Shown: piece after piece, positions 24,593-37,619 of the stretch
How the letters are laid out: each line of letters opens with the position of its first letter
Numbering within the stretch: the first letter of the stretch is position 1
Position numbers and translations under genes: made by a program
NCBI RefSeq assembly: GCF_963921235.1
Contig: NC_086097.1
Coordinates: 33,792,001 to 33,856,000 of the forward strand
From: Mobula hypostoma
Taxonomy: Eukaryota
Direction: 5' to 3'
Length of the DNA stretch: 64,000 nucleotides
The notes under the pieces: generated by a model
The model's input: only the letters and a program-made list of their open reading frames with translations
Database searches by the model: none
Told to the model about the DNA's origin: nothing

Positions 24593-25771
24593 TAGGGTTG
24601 CCAACTGCCCCGTATTTGCCAGGACATCCCATATATTGGGCTAAATTGGTTTGTCCCATAGTCATAGTCGTACTTTACTGATCCCGGGGAAATTGGTTTT
24701 CGTTACAGTTGCACCATAAATAATTAAATCGTAATAAAACTATAGATAGTTAAATAGTAATATGTAAATTATTTATGCAGGAAATAAGCCCAGGACCAGC
24801 CTATTGGCTCAGGGTGTCTGACCCTCCAAGGGAGGAGTTGTAAAGTTTGATGGCCACAGGCAGGAATGACTTCCTATGACGCTCTGTGTTGCATCTGGGT
24901 GGAATGAGTCTCTGGCTGAATGTACTCCTGTGCCCAACCAGTACATTATGTAGTGGATGGGAGACATTGTCCAAGATGGCATGCAACTTGGACAGCATCC
25001 TCTTTTCAGACACCACCGTGAGAGAGTCCAGTTCCATCCCCACAACATCACTGGCCTTACAAATGAGTTTGTTGATTCTGTTGGTGTCTACAACCCTCAG
25101 CCTGCTGCCCCAGCACACAACAGCAAACATGATCGCACTGGCCACCACAGACTCGTAGAAATTCCTCAGCATCGTCTGGCAGATGTTAAAGGACCTCAGT
25201 CTCCTCAGGAAATAGAGACGGCTCTGACCCTTCTTGTAGACAGCCTCAGTGTTCTTTGACCAGTCCAGTCTATTGTCAATTCATATCCCTAGGTATTTGT
25301 AATCCTCCACCATGTCCACACTGACCCCACCCCCCGCTATGAAACCTTTCGTGCCGAAATGGTGTAAAGCAAAGAAGCAATTACCATTAATTTATATGGG
25401 AAAAATTTTAAAGCGTTCCCAGACCCAAAAAATAACCTACCAAATCATGCCAAATAACACATAAAACCTAAAATAACACTAACATATAGTAAAAGCAGGA
25501 ATGATATGATAAATACACAGCCTATATAAAGTAGAAATAATGTATGTACAGTATAGTCGGGAAGATTAAGCCAAAACTGATTTGTGAAAAAAAATCAGCA
25601 CGTACGCGCATGCGCACACAGGTGCCCGCGCAAGGCTTCATGGCCATGGTAGTCTTTCTCGGGGTAAACACAAGTGTCCCGGAATTTGACTGCTACTTTT
25701 GTCCCTTATCTGGGAGTGAGAAAGTTGGCAACCCTAACTGTAAAAGACATGTTGAGGTGAGTTTAACCTTA
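24593..25771. mobile_element. Inner hAT-type MITE (TAGGGTTGCC ends)
   Basis: tagggttgccaact at 24593 and agttggcaacccta ending 25736. 8-bp CTTGAACA at 24585-24592 and 25772-25779. Confidence 0.7.
24657..25328 (-). mobile_element. Rex-Babar LINE 3' fragment
   Basis: ORF 24801-25172: FYESVVASAIMFAVVCWG...HPLH...RCNTERHRKSFLP. (catagt)n tail at ~24657. Confidence 0.88.
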
Positions 25772-26310
25772 CTTGAACACCCTCCCCACCCCTCGGTTGG
25801 CCAGTCTGCAAGAATATTGTCAATATTCAACTGCTCCGCTGTGCAAAAAAGGTTGGGGACTCCTGTTCTAATGCATCCCATTATCTAAAGAAAAGACATG
25901 TCATCAACTGTGCAAGATTGTGCAAGATTTTATTATTTACTAAAGAACAATGGCAAAATGTTCATACTATTAGCCTGGTTAGCTTGGAAACAGATATTTA
26001 GTTAACTACCCAAAAATATTGGTATCAGTAATGGAGCTCATAAATCTTTTGGTTGCTGAAAGAATTAAAACAGTTTGAGGCAGGAAATATATGATAGTTA
26101 GTTCTGGACAGATAGCTTGTTGAATTTCAGATGGATTGCCAAGACAATAATTGATATAAAATCACGGTGTTTCAGTACTTCCCTGCTCCATTGGTATATC
26201 TTCACCACAACGACAACCTTTATTTAAGAAGCAGTAGCGCATCAGCTTTTTCTGAAGGGCATTTGGGGGAAGACAGTGAGGGACTGGTGGTTATTAATAA
26301 TAAATGCTGA

Positions 26311-27565
26311 CATAGAACATAGAACATAGAACAAGCCCTTCGGCCCACAATGTTGTTCCGACCCTCAAACCCCGCCTCCCATATAACCCCCCACCTTAAA
26401 TTCCTCCATATACCTGTCTAGTAGTCTCTTAAACTTCACCAGTGTGTCTGCCTCCACCACTGACTCAGGCAGTGCATTCCACGCACCAACCACTCTCTGA
26501 GTAAAAAGCTTTCCTCTAATATCCCCCTTAAACTTCCCACCCCTTACCTAAAGCCATGTCCTCTTGTATTGAGCAGTGGTGCCTTGGGGAAGAGGCTCTG
26601 GCTATCCACTCTATCTATTCCTCTTAATATCTTGTACACCTCTATCATGTCTCCTCTCATCCTCCTTCTCTCCAAAGAGTAAAGCCCTATCTCCCTTAAT
26701 CTCTGATCATAATGCACACTCTCTAAACCAGGCAGCATCCTGGTAAATCTCCTCTGTACCCTTTCCAATGTTTCCACATCCTTCCTATAGTGAGGCAACC
26801 AGAACTGGACACAGTACTCCAAGTGTGACCTAACCAGAGTTTTACAGAGCTGCATCATTACATCGCGACTCTTAAACTCTATCCCTTGACTTATGAAAGC
26901 TAACACCCATAAGCTTTCTTAACTACCCTATCCACCTGTGAGGCAACTTTCAGGGATCTGTGGACATGTACCTCAGATCCCTCTGCTCCTCCACACTACC
27001 AAGTATCCTGCCATTTACTTTGTACTCTGCCTTGGAGTTTGTCCTTCCAAAGTATACCACCTCACACTTCTCCGGGTTGAACTTCATCTGCCACTTCTCA
27101 GCCCACTTCTGCATTCTATCAATATCTCTCTGCAATCTTCGACAATCCTCTACACTATCCACAACTCCACCAACCTTTGTGTCATCTGCAAACTTGCCAA
27201 CCCATGGTTCCTTCACCCTACCATTCTTTATCTTCCTCACCGGGACAAAGTTATCCAGCAAGAGATTCCTAAACATTGACTACATGTCCATAGTACATTT
27301 CCCTGCAAAAACATCATCCCAATTCACACCCGCAAGTTCTAGCCTTATAGCCTCATAATTTTCCCTTCCCCAATTAAAAATTTTCCTATCCTCTCTGATT
27401 CTATCCTTTTCCATGATAATACTGAAGGCCAGGGAGCGGTGGTCACTGTCCCCCAGATGCTCACCTACTGAGAGATCTGTGACCTGACCCGGTTCGTTAC
27501 CTAGCACTAGATCTAGTATGGCATTCCCCCTGGTCGGCCTGTCCACATACTGAGACAGGAATGCC
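26311..27565 (-). mobile_element. CR1 LINE with internal deletions (endonuclease and RT parts)
   Basis: PTRGNAILDLVL..LGDSDH (APE domain), KFADDTKVGG, LVRSHLEYCVQFW. (catagaa)n tail at 26311-26332. Confidence 0.92.
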
Positions 27566-28049
27566 AGCAATATCCAGAACCTAGAAGGGAATCAAAAATC
27601 CTTAACTGAGAACAATTTTGCTCCCTAGGTAATTTCTAAGGTAAGGATATGTTCGGCACAGCTTTGTGGGCCGAAGGCCCTGTATTGTGCTGCAGGTTTT
27701 CTATGTGAGATGTGCAGCATTCTAAGTTAAAATAACTTTTCTATTGACAATACTTGTCTTTATAGAGAAGAGACCATGACAAGTTATTTCCCTTTACTGG
27801 AACAGTGCAACCCTAGGAAACAGTTCGTGCACAAATTCAGATAAATTTATTCTAATTTAAGGAATCTTTTAACCCAAATTTTAGGGAGACCTGCAAGATT
27901 AAGGGGGTGGGGCTAATCAGTTGGAGCTGAGGGACTGAACAGAATGCTTTAGCTTCCCTGAGAACAAATGACTTTCAATGTCTGGTTCCCAGGACTTTCT
28001 GGCATTAGGAGTTTCCTTCCTTGCTTTAGATAGTTTTCATCTTTAAAAA

Positions 28050-28345
28050 TTGTATTTATTGAGAGTTACAGCACAGAACAGACCCTTCTGTCCCAACGAG
28101 CTGCACAACCCAGCAACCCTCCTCTTTAACCGTCGCCTGATCACTGGACAATTTACAGTGACAAATTAACCTACTAGCCATCATGTCTCTGGACTGTGGG
28201 AAGAGACCAGAGGGCCCAGAGGAAACCCAACACGGTCGTGGGGAGAACGTACAAACTCCTTACAGCCGACGCCAGAACTGAACACTGAAATCCGACATTC
28301 CAAGCTTTAATAGTGTCTCGCTTACTGCTGCCCTACCATGGCACC
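28050..28345 (-). mobile_element. tRNA-derived V-domain SINE
   Basis: V-domain gtttgtacgttctccccacgaccgtgttgggtttcc; 3' part shared with the 6020 and 18720 copies. Confidence 0.75.
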
Positions 28346-28384
28346 CAGCTGCAATCTGATTTTGAAGCATGAAGGATGGTCTAA

Positions 28385-28685
28385 TACAATTAATTGCTTG
28401 TAAAGCAAAGTCATTGTTATAACATTGGAAAACATGGCAACCAATGTACATGCAGAATTAACAATTCAATAAATGATCAGATTATTACTTTTTAACTGAA
28501 AATACTTTAGGGATAAATATTGACAGCTTCACCAGGAAAACTCCTCATATATTATCTTGAAAATTCTGAAGAACATTAATGCAATGCTCATCTCAAAAGC
28601 AAAAGCAACATCTTTGTTAGTGCTGTACTCCTTCAGTAGTGCACTGGAACCCCATCCATATATTGTGCTTAAGTTTCCTGTAAGA
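28385..28685 (-). mobile_element. Ancient Deu-domain SINE, decayed
   Basis: Plus strand agtcattgttataacattggaaaacatggcaaccaat...agggataaatattgacag...ctccttcagtagtgcactgga is the reverse complement of the Deu layout. Confidence 0.5.
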
Positions 28686-30074
28686 TATTGTCACCATTTT
28701 GTCACGATCAAGCCTAATAAAAATACCACATTTTTCTCTAAAAGTATCGTGATGTAAGCTATTTCTAATAACTCCAAGTGATGGTAAGGATTATAGCAAT
28801 GACAATGATCACATTGATTTCTTTGTTCCTCAGAATATGCCTGTGGTTTGGCATCATTGTTGATGACTCACGCGAACTTTCACAACTGCGTATGCTTTGG
28901 GCTTTAGTATGAACAGGAATTTTATTACAAAACATGTTCATATGAGCTGAGTGAACTAAATTTGCTAATATTAAGACCAAGTCACATATCAGCTGAATGT
29001 TAAGTCACCTGCAGGCTGATAGCAAAGTGTAATCGGTGCAAAAGTACATACAGTATGATTACAGCACGATACATATTTCCAATGAACTATACACTGATCC
29101 TGAAGAAACCCGGGATGAGAAAGGTGAAAGACAAGGTGCAAAGGGATTCAACAAAAGAAGGATAGACAATTATTTGAATGATGTGGGTGAAAGTGCTGTC
29201 CTACGTTTGATGAGCTGAATGGGCTGTTTCTGCACTATAATATTCCAATGAACAAAACCCACTGAACTGGGGTCTATCTGGTAACTGGAAGCTTTCGGCA
29301 CCAGGGCTCCTTGTGACCTGTCCATTTGGCGAGGGCGCGAGGTGATCCAGCTCCTCTCATTGTTGACTGACTCTTGAATACTTTAAAGAGGTTGGACACG
29401 GAAGGGATAGAAGAGGATGCAACTCAGGTGGATAAATTAGCAGCAGCCCTGAGAGAAATGCCCACTGACCTGTGAAACTCAAAGCTGTAAATTCCTTTGG
29501 GCAGCCCTCAGTCATTCTTTGAATGATTGTTGCTTAAGGTGCTGAATGTTAGTGTAAAATGAGCAGGACATGGACATTGTACTCTTAAACCAAAGGCATT
29601 ATATGGTGTGTAGGACACTGATTCTCATGATAAAAATGCCATTCTGCTTGACATAGGTTTGGGCCCGGCTGTTATTACTTGGTCCCTACTCACTGGAGCT
29701 GTATGTGTCCTAATTCTGCTTTCAGACAACTGCTGTTACGCTTTCTCTGACAGAGCCACTTAAAATTGTTCCTCATTGTTCCTCATCAAATCCTGGTGCC
29801 TAGAACCATTTGCCAGATTATGTATCAGTGAAACTATTACTTGTTTGTGTTAACTCTCAAACAGAAACCTCTATCCACCAACAAGAATAAATAAGGAGAT
29901 TAAACTTCCATAATTTCTTTGGAGACTGAACACTGATCAGTGTTGTATTATGCTGAACTGTTGCATTTGTTTGCAGGTGTAGTGGTTTAATGTGTGACTC
30001 AGCAAACAATACGAATTGAAATCAAACATAAATTGTGAGAATTATTCTTTACATGACCTGCCAGAGGTTACTTA

Positions 30075-31335
30075 ACAGTTATGGAGTTGTACAGCCATAG
30101 GAGAAGCCTCTTTGACCTAACATGCCCATACCAACCATCAAATCCTATCAATACTCATCTGTAGCAGCCTTTGGTCTGTAGTGTTCAATGCTTTAGTTGT
30201 TCATGTGCTTGTCTTGGTACTTCCCAAATGTGTGGGGTGTACCTGCCAACACAGCCCCTCAACAGTTTTCTCCAGTTTGCAACCGCCCTCTGGGTGAAAA
30301 GGATTCTTCTGCACATCCCTTCTAAACTTCTTACTCTTTACCGAACTAAACCTGTGGTTCCAGCTTTTGATACCTCTGCAATGGGAAAAGGTTTCCCCCC
30401 ACTACCAATTCCATGCCCCTCATATTTTTGTATACAAGCACATAGCAGATGAAGTTTAATCCTGATTCACGTGAGGTAACACATGCTGGAAATACCATTG
30501 AAGTTAAGGCGCACATCATGAATGGTAAGGTCTCAGGGCATATTGAGGAACAGAAGGACTTGGCTTGCGAGTTCAAAGATCCTTAAGGTGTCATTACTGG
30601 TAGATAACATGGTTAAGCAGGCAAATAGGATTTTGGCTTTGATCGGTCAGGAAATACGAGAGTTTATGCGTCAACTGTATAGAACATTGGAGACACAAGA
30701 AAGAACATACTGGACTGTGGAGCAAAAGGCAAACAGCTGGAGGAACTCAGATAGGCAAGCAGCATCAGTTTCATTTTTGCTTATAAAACTTTGGACAGAC
30801 TTTAGCTGGAATACTTCCTGCAGTTTTAGTTACCACGCTTTAGGAAAGAGGTGATAACACTGGTGAGGGTACAGAGAAGACTCACCAGGACGTTGCCTGG
30901 GATGGAATCATTCAGTACGAGGAAAAACTGGAGAAGCTGGTTAGTCTTTCCCTGGAGGGGAAGAGGTTAAGATACCACATGATTAAAGTATAGAAATTTA
31001 CAAAGGATAAGGGTAGGGTACATGGCAGAAAGTTATTCCTCTAATCAGAGGTGAATAAAACTAGAAGCCTTGGACTTAGGGGAAAAGGTAAGAGATTTAG
31101 AGGGGATCTGAGGGAGACCATTTTTTGCCCAGAGAATGGTCTGCCTGAGGGAATGGTGGAAGCAGATTTACTAACAGCATTTAACAGGTCTCTCGATGAG
31201 CATCTAAGTTGTCCAATCTCTGAAGACTATGGTCCAAGTGCTTCAAGATAAGGTTGATTCAGATGGACATCCAGTAGTTGGCATGGACATACTGGGCAAA
31301 TGTCCTACTTCCATGCTGTATGACTCTATGATCTC
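30075..31335. mobile_element. Decayed CR1 pieces: minus-strand 3' end (~30075-30445) and plus-strand RT/3' end (~30445-31335)
   Basis: ORF remnants VDNMVKQANRILALIGQ and GKGKRFRGDLR..F; tail ctgtatgactctatg. Confidence 0.65.
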
Positions 31336-31627
31336 TAATAGGTCCCCTTTTCAACCTTGTCTTGCCAAGAAAACAAACCCAGCCTATCTAACTTCTCTTA
31401 AATGAAAGTCTCCAACTCAGGAAAAAAGCTGTGAAATCTTCTCTGGACTCTCTCCACTTCCTTCCGTTAGTAATCAGTTGTCATATTGTTAGTTATTATA
31501 CATAATACCTTCTCCTGGTTTTTCTCTGAATATGCTAGACGGTTGCATTTCTCTAGACTGGGCAGAAAGTACTATTGTCATTAGTGTATCTCTTCAACAG
31601 TCTTGAAACCAGCCATGAAATACCAAG

Positions 31628-32900
31628 CAACACACACAAAAGTTGCTGGTGAACACAGCAGGTGCCAGGCAGCATCTATAGAAAGAGGTACAGTCGACAT
31701 TTCGGGCTGAGACCCTTCGTCAGGACTAATTGAAAGAAGAGCTAGTAAGAGATTTGAAAGTGGGAGGGGGAGGGGGAGATCCAAAATGATAGGAGAAGAC
31801 AGGAGGAGGAGGGATGGAGCCAAGGGCTGGACAGTTGATTGGCAAAAGGGATATGAGAGGATCATGGGACGGGAGGCCTAGGGAGAAAGAAAGGGGGAGT
31901 GGGGAAGCCCAGAAGATGGGCAATAACGAATGGGGTATGAGGGGGAGGTGGGGCATTAACGGAAGTTAGAGAAGTCAATGTTCATGCCATCAGGTTGGAG
32001 GCTACCCAGACGGAATATGAGGTGTTGTTCCTCCAACCTGAGTGTGGCTTCATCTTTACAGTAGAGGAGGCTGTGGATAGACATATCAGAATGGGAATGG
32101 GATGTGTAATTAAAATGTGTGGCCGCTGGGAGATCCTGCTTTCTCTGGTGGACAGAGCGTAGGTATTTAGTGAAATGGTCTCCCAGTCTGTGTTGGGTCT
32201 CACCAATGTATAGAAGGCCACATCGGGAGCACCAGATGCAGTATATCACCCCAGCCGATTCACAGGTGAAGTGTCGCCTCACCTGGAAGGACTGTCTGGG
32301 GCCCTGAATGGTAGTGAGGGAGGAAGTGTAAGGGCATGTGTAGCACTTGTTCCGCTTACAAGGATAAGTGCCGGGAGGGAGATTGGTGGGGAGGGATGGG
32401 GGAGATGAATGGACAAGGGAGTCGTGTTGGGAGCGATCCCTGCGAAAAGCAGGGGGGGAGGGGAAAGATGCGCTTAGTGGTAGGATCCCGTTGGAGGTGG
32501 CGGAAGTTACGGAGAATAATATGTTGGACCCGGAGGCTGGTGGGGTGGTAGGTGAGGACAAGGGGAACTGTATTCCTAGTTGGGTGACGGGAGGATGGAG
32601 TGAGAGCAGATATGCGTAAAATGGGGGAGATATGTTTGAGAGCAGAGTTGATGGTTGAGGAAGGGAAGCCCATTTCTTTAAAAAAGGAGGACATCTCCTT
32701 CATCCTGGAAGCAAAAGCCTCATCCTGAGAGCAGATGCGGCGGAGATGGAGGAATTGTGAGAAGGGGATGGCATTTTTGCAGGCGACAGGGTGAAAAGAG
32801 GAATAGTCCAGATAGCTGTGAGAGTCCGTAGGCTTATAGTAGACACCAGTAGATAAGCTGTCTCCAGAGATAGAGACAGAAAGAGACATCAGTAGATAAG
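31628..32900 (-). mobile_element. Penelope-like element, 5'-truncated (thumb + GIY-YIG + 3' end)
   Basis: YYKPTDSHSYLDY and CKRNKCYTC...CSRCGLLYIGETQHRLG. Perfect 13-bp TSD ATGAAATACCAAG at 31615-31627 and 32901-32913. Confidence 0.93.
31692..31727 (-). ncRNA. Minimal type-I hammerhead ribozyme (sense to RIN3 pre-mRNA)
   Basis: Minus strand agtc-CTGACGA-a-gggtc-tc-agccc-GAAA-tg-TC-gact. Core intact; stem III mutated ACGT>ATGT. Confidence 0.65.
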
Positions 32901-33645
32901 ATGAAATACCAAGATAAATTTCTCTTCTGCTCTTTGGTTCCATGAAGGCAATCTTTAACATTGCCCCAAATATGCACACAAACTAATGACTGCCCAAAGC
33001 CAGGAAATGAATCATTCCCTGCTTCGGGTTTCATTACATTTCACAGAATTATTGAATGTTGCATAAAAGAAAAAAACATCTGACCAAGGTAACTGTGTTG
33101 GCTTTCGACTATTGTGAAATCAGATGAATGATCAGTTGCACATAAACCAATATCAGTTCATCTTAGTCTTTTGAATTTGATGGTGTAGATTGCATATTGA
33201 ACACACTGATGTGCCCAGGATAAGTACAACAATGGTTATCATTGCCTCAATAGTCAATATCTACTATATACAACTGGTGTGCCATGTATAGGGTAGCCAT
33301 ACCATCTGAAGAAAATAAGAGTGGACCAAAAGAGTATCACTGTCAGCTAAACCCCTGAGCCAATCATGTCTCCACAAAATTACATATTGGTAAATTGGGT
33401 TTGCTAATTCAGAATTAGTGGTTAATTCTGGTGCATAAACTGGAATAGAAGTGGGCCAAATGGCCTTTTGAACCTGGGCTACCATTCACAAAGTTCATGC
33501 ATGGCTGATCATCTACCCTGGCACCATTTTCTACAAAGGCCCCTCATCCCTTGATTCCTTAAATGTTCCAAAGTCTGATGATCTTAGTGTTGAATGAAGA
33601 TGATGGTTGAATATTCACAGTCCTCCTAGCAGGGAATTCCAAAGC

Positions 33646-35912
33646 AGAACACACAAGATGTTACAGGAACTCAGCAGCATCTATGGAAAACAGTTAACAG
33701 TCAATGTTTTGGGCCAAAATCCTTCATCAGGATTGGAAAAAGAGAGGAGAAGTTAGAGTAAGAAGGTGGGGGTAGGGGAGGAAAAAATACAAGGTAGTAG
33801 GTGATAGGTGAAACCGGGAGAAGGGGATGGGAGGTGAGAACAGCCAGGAAGTTGATTAGTGAAAGGAGATAAAGTGTTGGAGAAGGGGGAATCTGATAGG
33901 AGAGGACAGAAGGCCATGGAAGAAAGGGAAGGGGAAGGAGCACCAGAGGGAGGTGATGGGCAGGTAAGGAGATAAGGTGAGAGAGGGAAACAGGATTCGG
34001 AAATGGTGCAAAGTTGGGGGGGGGGGGAATTACTGGAAGTCTGAGAAATCAATTTTCTTGCCAGCAGGGTGTTTGCTACCCAGACAGAATATAAGGTGTT
34101 GCTCTTCCAACCTGAGTGTGGCCTCATCACGGCAGTAGAGGAGGCCATGGACTGACATTTCGGAATGTGCATGGGAAGTAGAATTGAAATGGGTGGCCAT
34201 CGTGAGATCCCCTTTCTTCTGGTGGACAGAGCATAGGCTCCCAATCTGCATTAGGTCTCACCGATATACAGGAGGTCACACCGGGAGCACCGGATACAGT
34301 AGATAACCCCAAAAGACTCACAGGTGAAGTGTCGCCTCATCTGGAAGGACTGTTTGTAGCCCTGAATGGTAGTGAGGGAGGAGGTGTACAGGTAGGTATG
34401 GCACTTGTTCCGCTTGTAATGTTACATACCTCGTGGGTATCTTGTGACTGTCTTACGACCATGATGTAATTGAGTATCTTGTGAGCATGATGTAATGATC
34501 TTGTGACGGTGGGGTGATGTAATTTTCCTGCCGGTGTGAGGTCACGTGAGGACATGTTCTCAATGGGTGTATAACAGGAAACCCCTGTTGTTACGCAGTT
34601 GATTCGTTGTTTAACTTGTCAGTTACTCCGTTATGCTGCGTATTCGTCTCATGACGCAGTTTCGTTTTAAAGTGGAGTTTTACTTTCTATTCTAAGTCTA
34701 GTATTGGAGAGTGAAGACTTTACTAAAGTACGGGAACCTGAAGGATTGTGTAAAGTTGGTGTCGTTCGGCGGTTTAATTCAGGATCGACCTTATTGAATC
34801 TTTGTTCAGAAATAGAGGGCTGCATCTGAGATAACCCCTGTAAGATCAGGAAGGTTTGTGCAGTGTTCATTTGCCAGGGAAAAGGTCAGTTCCTTTAAGC
34901 CGTTTTATTTCCTTCATCGTGAATCCTTTGGACAGAATCAGCAGTAATGTCATGTCTTTGAAGAAATCCATTTCCAGAGAAGTCCCTCCTTATTGACTGT
35001 GTCAATCACTTGGACTTTCGAATTTACCACTTTAAGAACAGTTCCAGAGTTGCCGTATAGCAGTTAACTGCCGGTTAAGTTAGTCGTTTGAATACTTTTT
35101 GCTATTGTTGAACAGAGTTTAATAAAGGGTTATGTTTGTTTATAAAACCTGACTCAATTCTATATTCATTGTTGCTGGTCACGTGACAGTAAGGATAAGT
35201 ACCGGGAGGGAGATCAGTGAGGAAGGACGAATGGATAAGGGAGTCGTGTAGAGAGTGATCCCTGCGGAAAGCAGAAAGTGGGGTGGAGGAGGGAAAGCTG
35301 TGCTTGGTGGTGGGATCCCATTGGAGATGGTGGAAGCTACGGAGAATTATGTGCTGGAAGCCCCTTTGTTTGAAGAAGGAGGACAACTGGGTAGTTCTGG
35401 AATGAAAAGCCTGATACCAAGAGCAAATGCGGCAGAGACGGAGGAACTGAGAGAAGGGGGTGACATTTTTACAAGGGACAGAATGGGAAGAGGTATAGTC
35501 CAGGTAGCTGTGAGAATCAGTGGGTTTATCTGTGGTAGACAGACTGTCTCCAGTGATGGAGACAGAGAGATCGAGAAAGAGGGTGGTGTTGGAAATGGAC
35601 CAGGTAAATTTGAGGGCAGGGTGGAAGTTGGAGGCAAAGTTAATTAGTCAATGAGCTCACCATGGGTGCAGGAAGCAGCGCCAACGCAGTTGTGATGTAG
35701 CGCAAGAAGAGTTGGAGAGTGATACTGGTGTAGGCTTGGAACATGGACTGTTCCATGTAGCCAACAAAAAGGCAGTCATAGCTGGGACCCATGCGAGTGC
35801 CCACTGCTATACCTTTTGTTTGATAGAAATGGGAGGAGCCGAAGGAGAAACTATTGGGAGTGAGGACCGGTTCCACCAAACGGAGGAGAGTGGTAGAGGA
35901 GGAGAATTGGTT
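33646..35912 (-). mobile_element. Penelope-like element (older copy) interrupted by a solo LTR
   Basis: QTKGIAVGTRMGPSY, thumb remnants and ATLRLEEQHLIF. Degenerate hammerhead near 33700-33735 (CTGATGA...AAAA). Confidence 0.88.
34420..35188 (+). mobile_element. Solo LTR (769 bp), probably Ty3/Gypsy or ERV1-type
   Basis: TGTTAC...GTGACA termini. 4-bp TSD GTAA at 34416-34419 and 35189-35192. AATAAA at 35121. The PLE sequence is contiguous once it is removed. Confidence 0.85.
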
Positions 35913-36656
35913 GTGAATTCCAAAGGTTTACTGCCCTCTAATATAAGAACATTTTCCTCATCCTAGTACTAAATAGCCCACCCCTTATTCTCAAACTGTG
36001 CTCAATGATGACAAACTCTTTAGTCAGGGGAGATATCCACTCTGTATTTAGCCTATCAAGCTCTTTGAGAATTTTGTTAACTTCGATGAGTTCTCCTCTC
36101 ATTTCTCTAGACCTAAAGAATACAGTCTAATTCAACTCAGTTTTTGCTCATCTGGCAAAAATATCATTCCAAGAACCAGTCTAACAAATGTTCACTGTAC
36201 ACTCTTTACAGAAAGTACATTGTTTCTTTGATGAGGAGAATAAGACACTACACAGTACTCAGGATGCAATGGTAGTGTGATCACTCGAGTTGAGTATGAT
36301 GTTTCCCTGAGACGTTGTCTATAGAGGTCGATCTGCATTCCACATACTTTGATGCAGTGTGGGCAACAGTAAGTGGTGTTTGTGGTTGGTGGTTTGTTCC
36401 CTGTGGCACAGGAAAGGTAGTTTCTCCAAGACCCTATACAATTAAAATAAGACTTACTTAATCCTGTTTTGAAATACTCTTTTAATAAGGGCTAACATGC
36501 CGCTTGTCCTCCTAATCATCAGATGCACTTGCATATTGGCCTTCAGTGACTTGCAGATGGCATAGCTATGTCACTAGGAACCTCAACACTAGCCATTCCT
36601 GAACAATTTAATAAATTCTGAGGTCTGCTTTGTGCACCAAGGTGGATGACCTCACA

Positions 36657-37212
36657 GTTCAGAATCAGAATCAGAAACAGAATCAGGTTTAATATCACCG
36701 GCATGTGTCCATGAAATCATGAAAGTTGTTATGCAGCAGAAGCATATTGCAATACAGAATAATAAAAAGTGTCAATTACAGTAAGAAATATATATAAATA
36801 TATGAAGTTTAATTAAATAATTAGTGTAAAAAAAGTGGTGAGGTAGTGTAGTCCATTCAGATATTGGATGGCAGAGGGGAAGAAGCTGTTCCTGAATCAT
36901 TGAGTGTGTGCCTTCAGGCTCCGACATCTCCTCACTGATGGTAGCAGTGAGAAAAGGTTATGTCCTGGGTGATGGGGGTCCTTAATGATGGATGCCACCT
37001 TTTTGAGGTATCGCTCGTTGAAGATGGCCTGGATGCTGGGGAGGCTGGTGCTCATGATGAAGCTGACTGAATTTACAATTTTCTGCAGCTTATATCGATC
37101 CTGTGTAGTAGCCACCCCACCATACCAGATGGTGATGCAGCCAGTCAGAATGCTGTCCATGGTACATCTGTAGAAGTTTGTGAGCGTCTACGGTGACATA
37201 CCAAATCTCCTC
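36657..37212 (-). mobile_element. Rex-Babar LINE 3' fragment
   Basis: ORF 36897-37160: SILTGCITIWYG...IKDPHHPGHNLFSLLPS. (agaatc)n tail. Confidence 0.85.
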
Positions 37213-37619
37213 ACAGTTTACCCAGCTTGTCCAAATTTCTCTGTGCACTCCACTGTACTCACAATCTCATTTGGTTTAGTTCTGACAGCCAACTTGAAAA
37301 TATGATGCTTGGATCCCTTAGCTAAGTTGTTGATATAGATGCTGAATAGACTAGGCTCCAGTACTGATCCCAGTGGTGATCCACTAGTCACTGGCTGACA
37401 ATCTGAAAATAATCCATTTATTTCTGTCCTTGTTTTCTGCTCAATAACCAGTTCTTAAACCATGACAGGAGTTGCTGAAGACAGAATATAGAGAGTTAGG
37501 TATAAAGCTGAAAAGCAGGACCTCCAGGGTAGAAATCTCTGGATTGCAGCCTGTGAAATGTGCCAGAGAGAGTAAGAATAGGATGATTTGGCAGATGAAT
37601 GTGTGGCTGAGGAACAGGA

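Larger units (their letters stand above)
24463..25865. mobile_element. hAT-type MITE containing a second hAT MITE and a LINE
   Basis: TIRs cagcggtccccaacc / ggttggggactcctg. Perfect 8-bp TSD TTCTAATG at 24455-24462 and 25866-25873. Confidence 0.88.
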
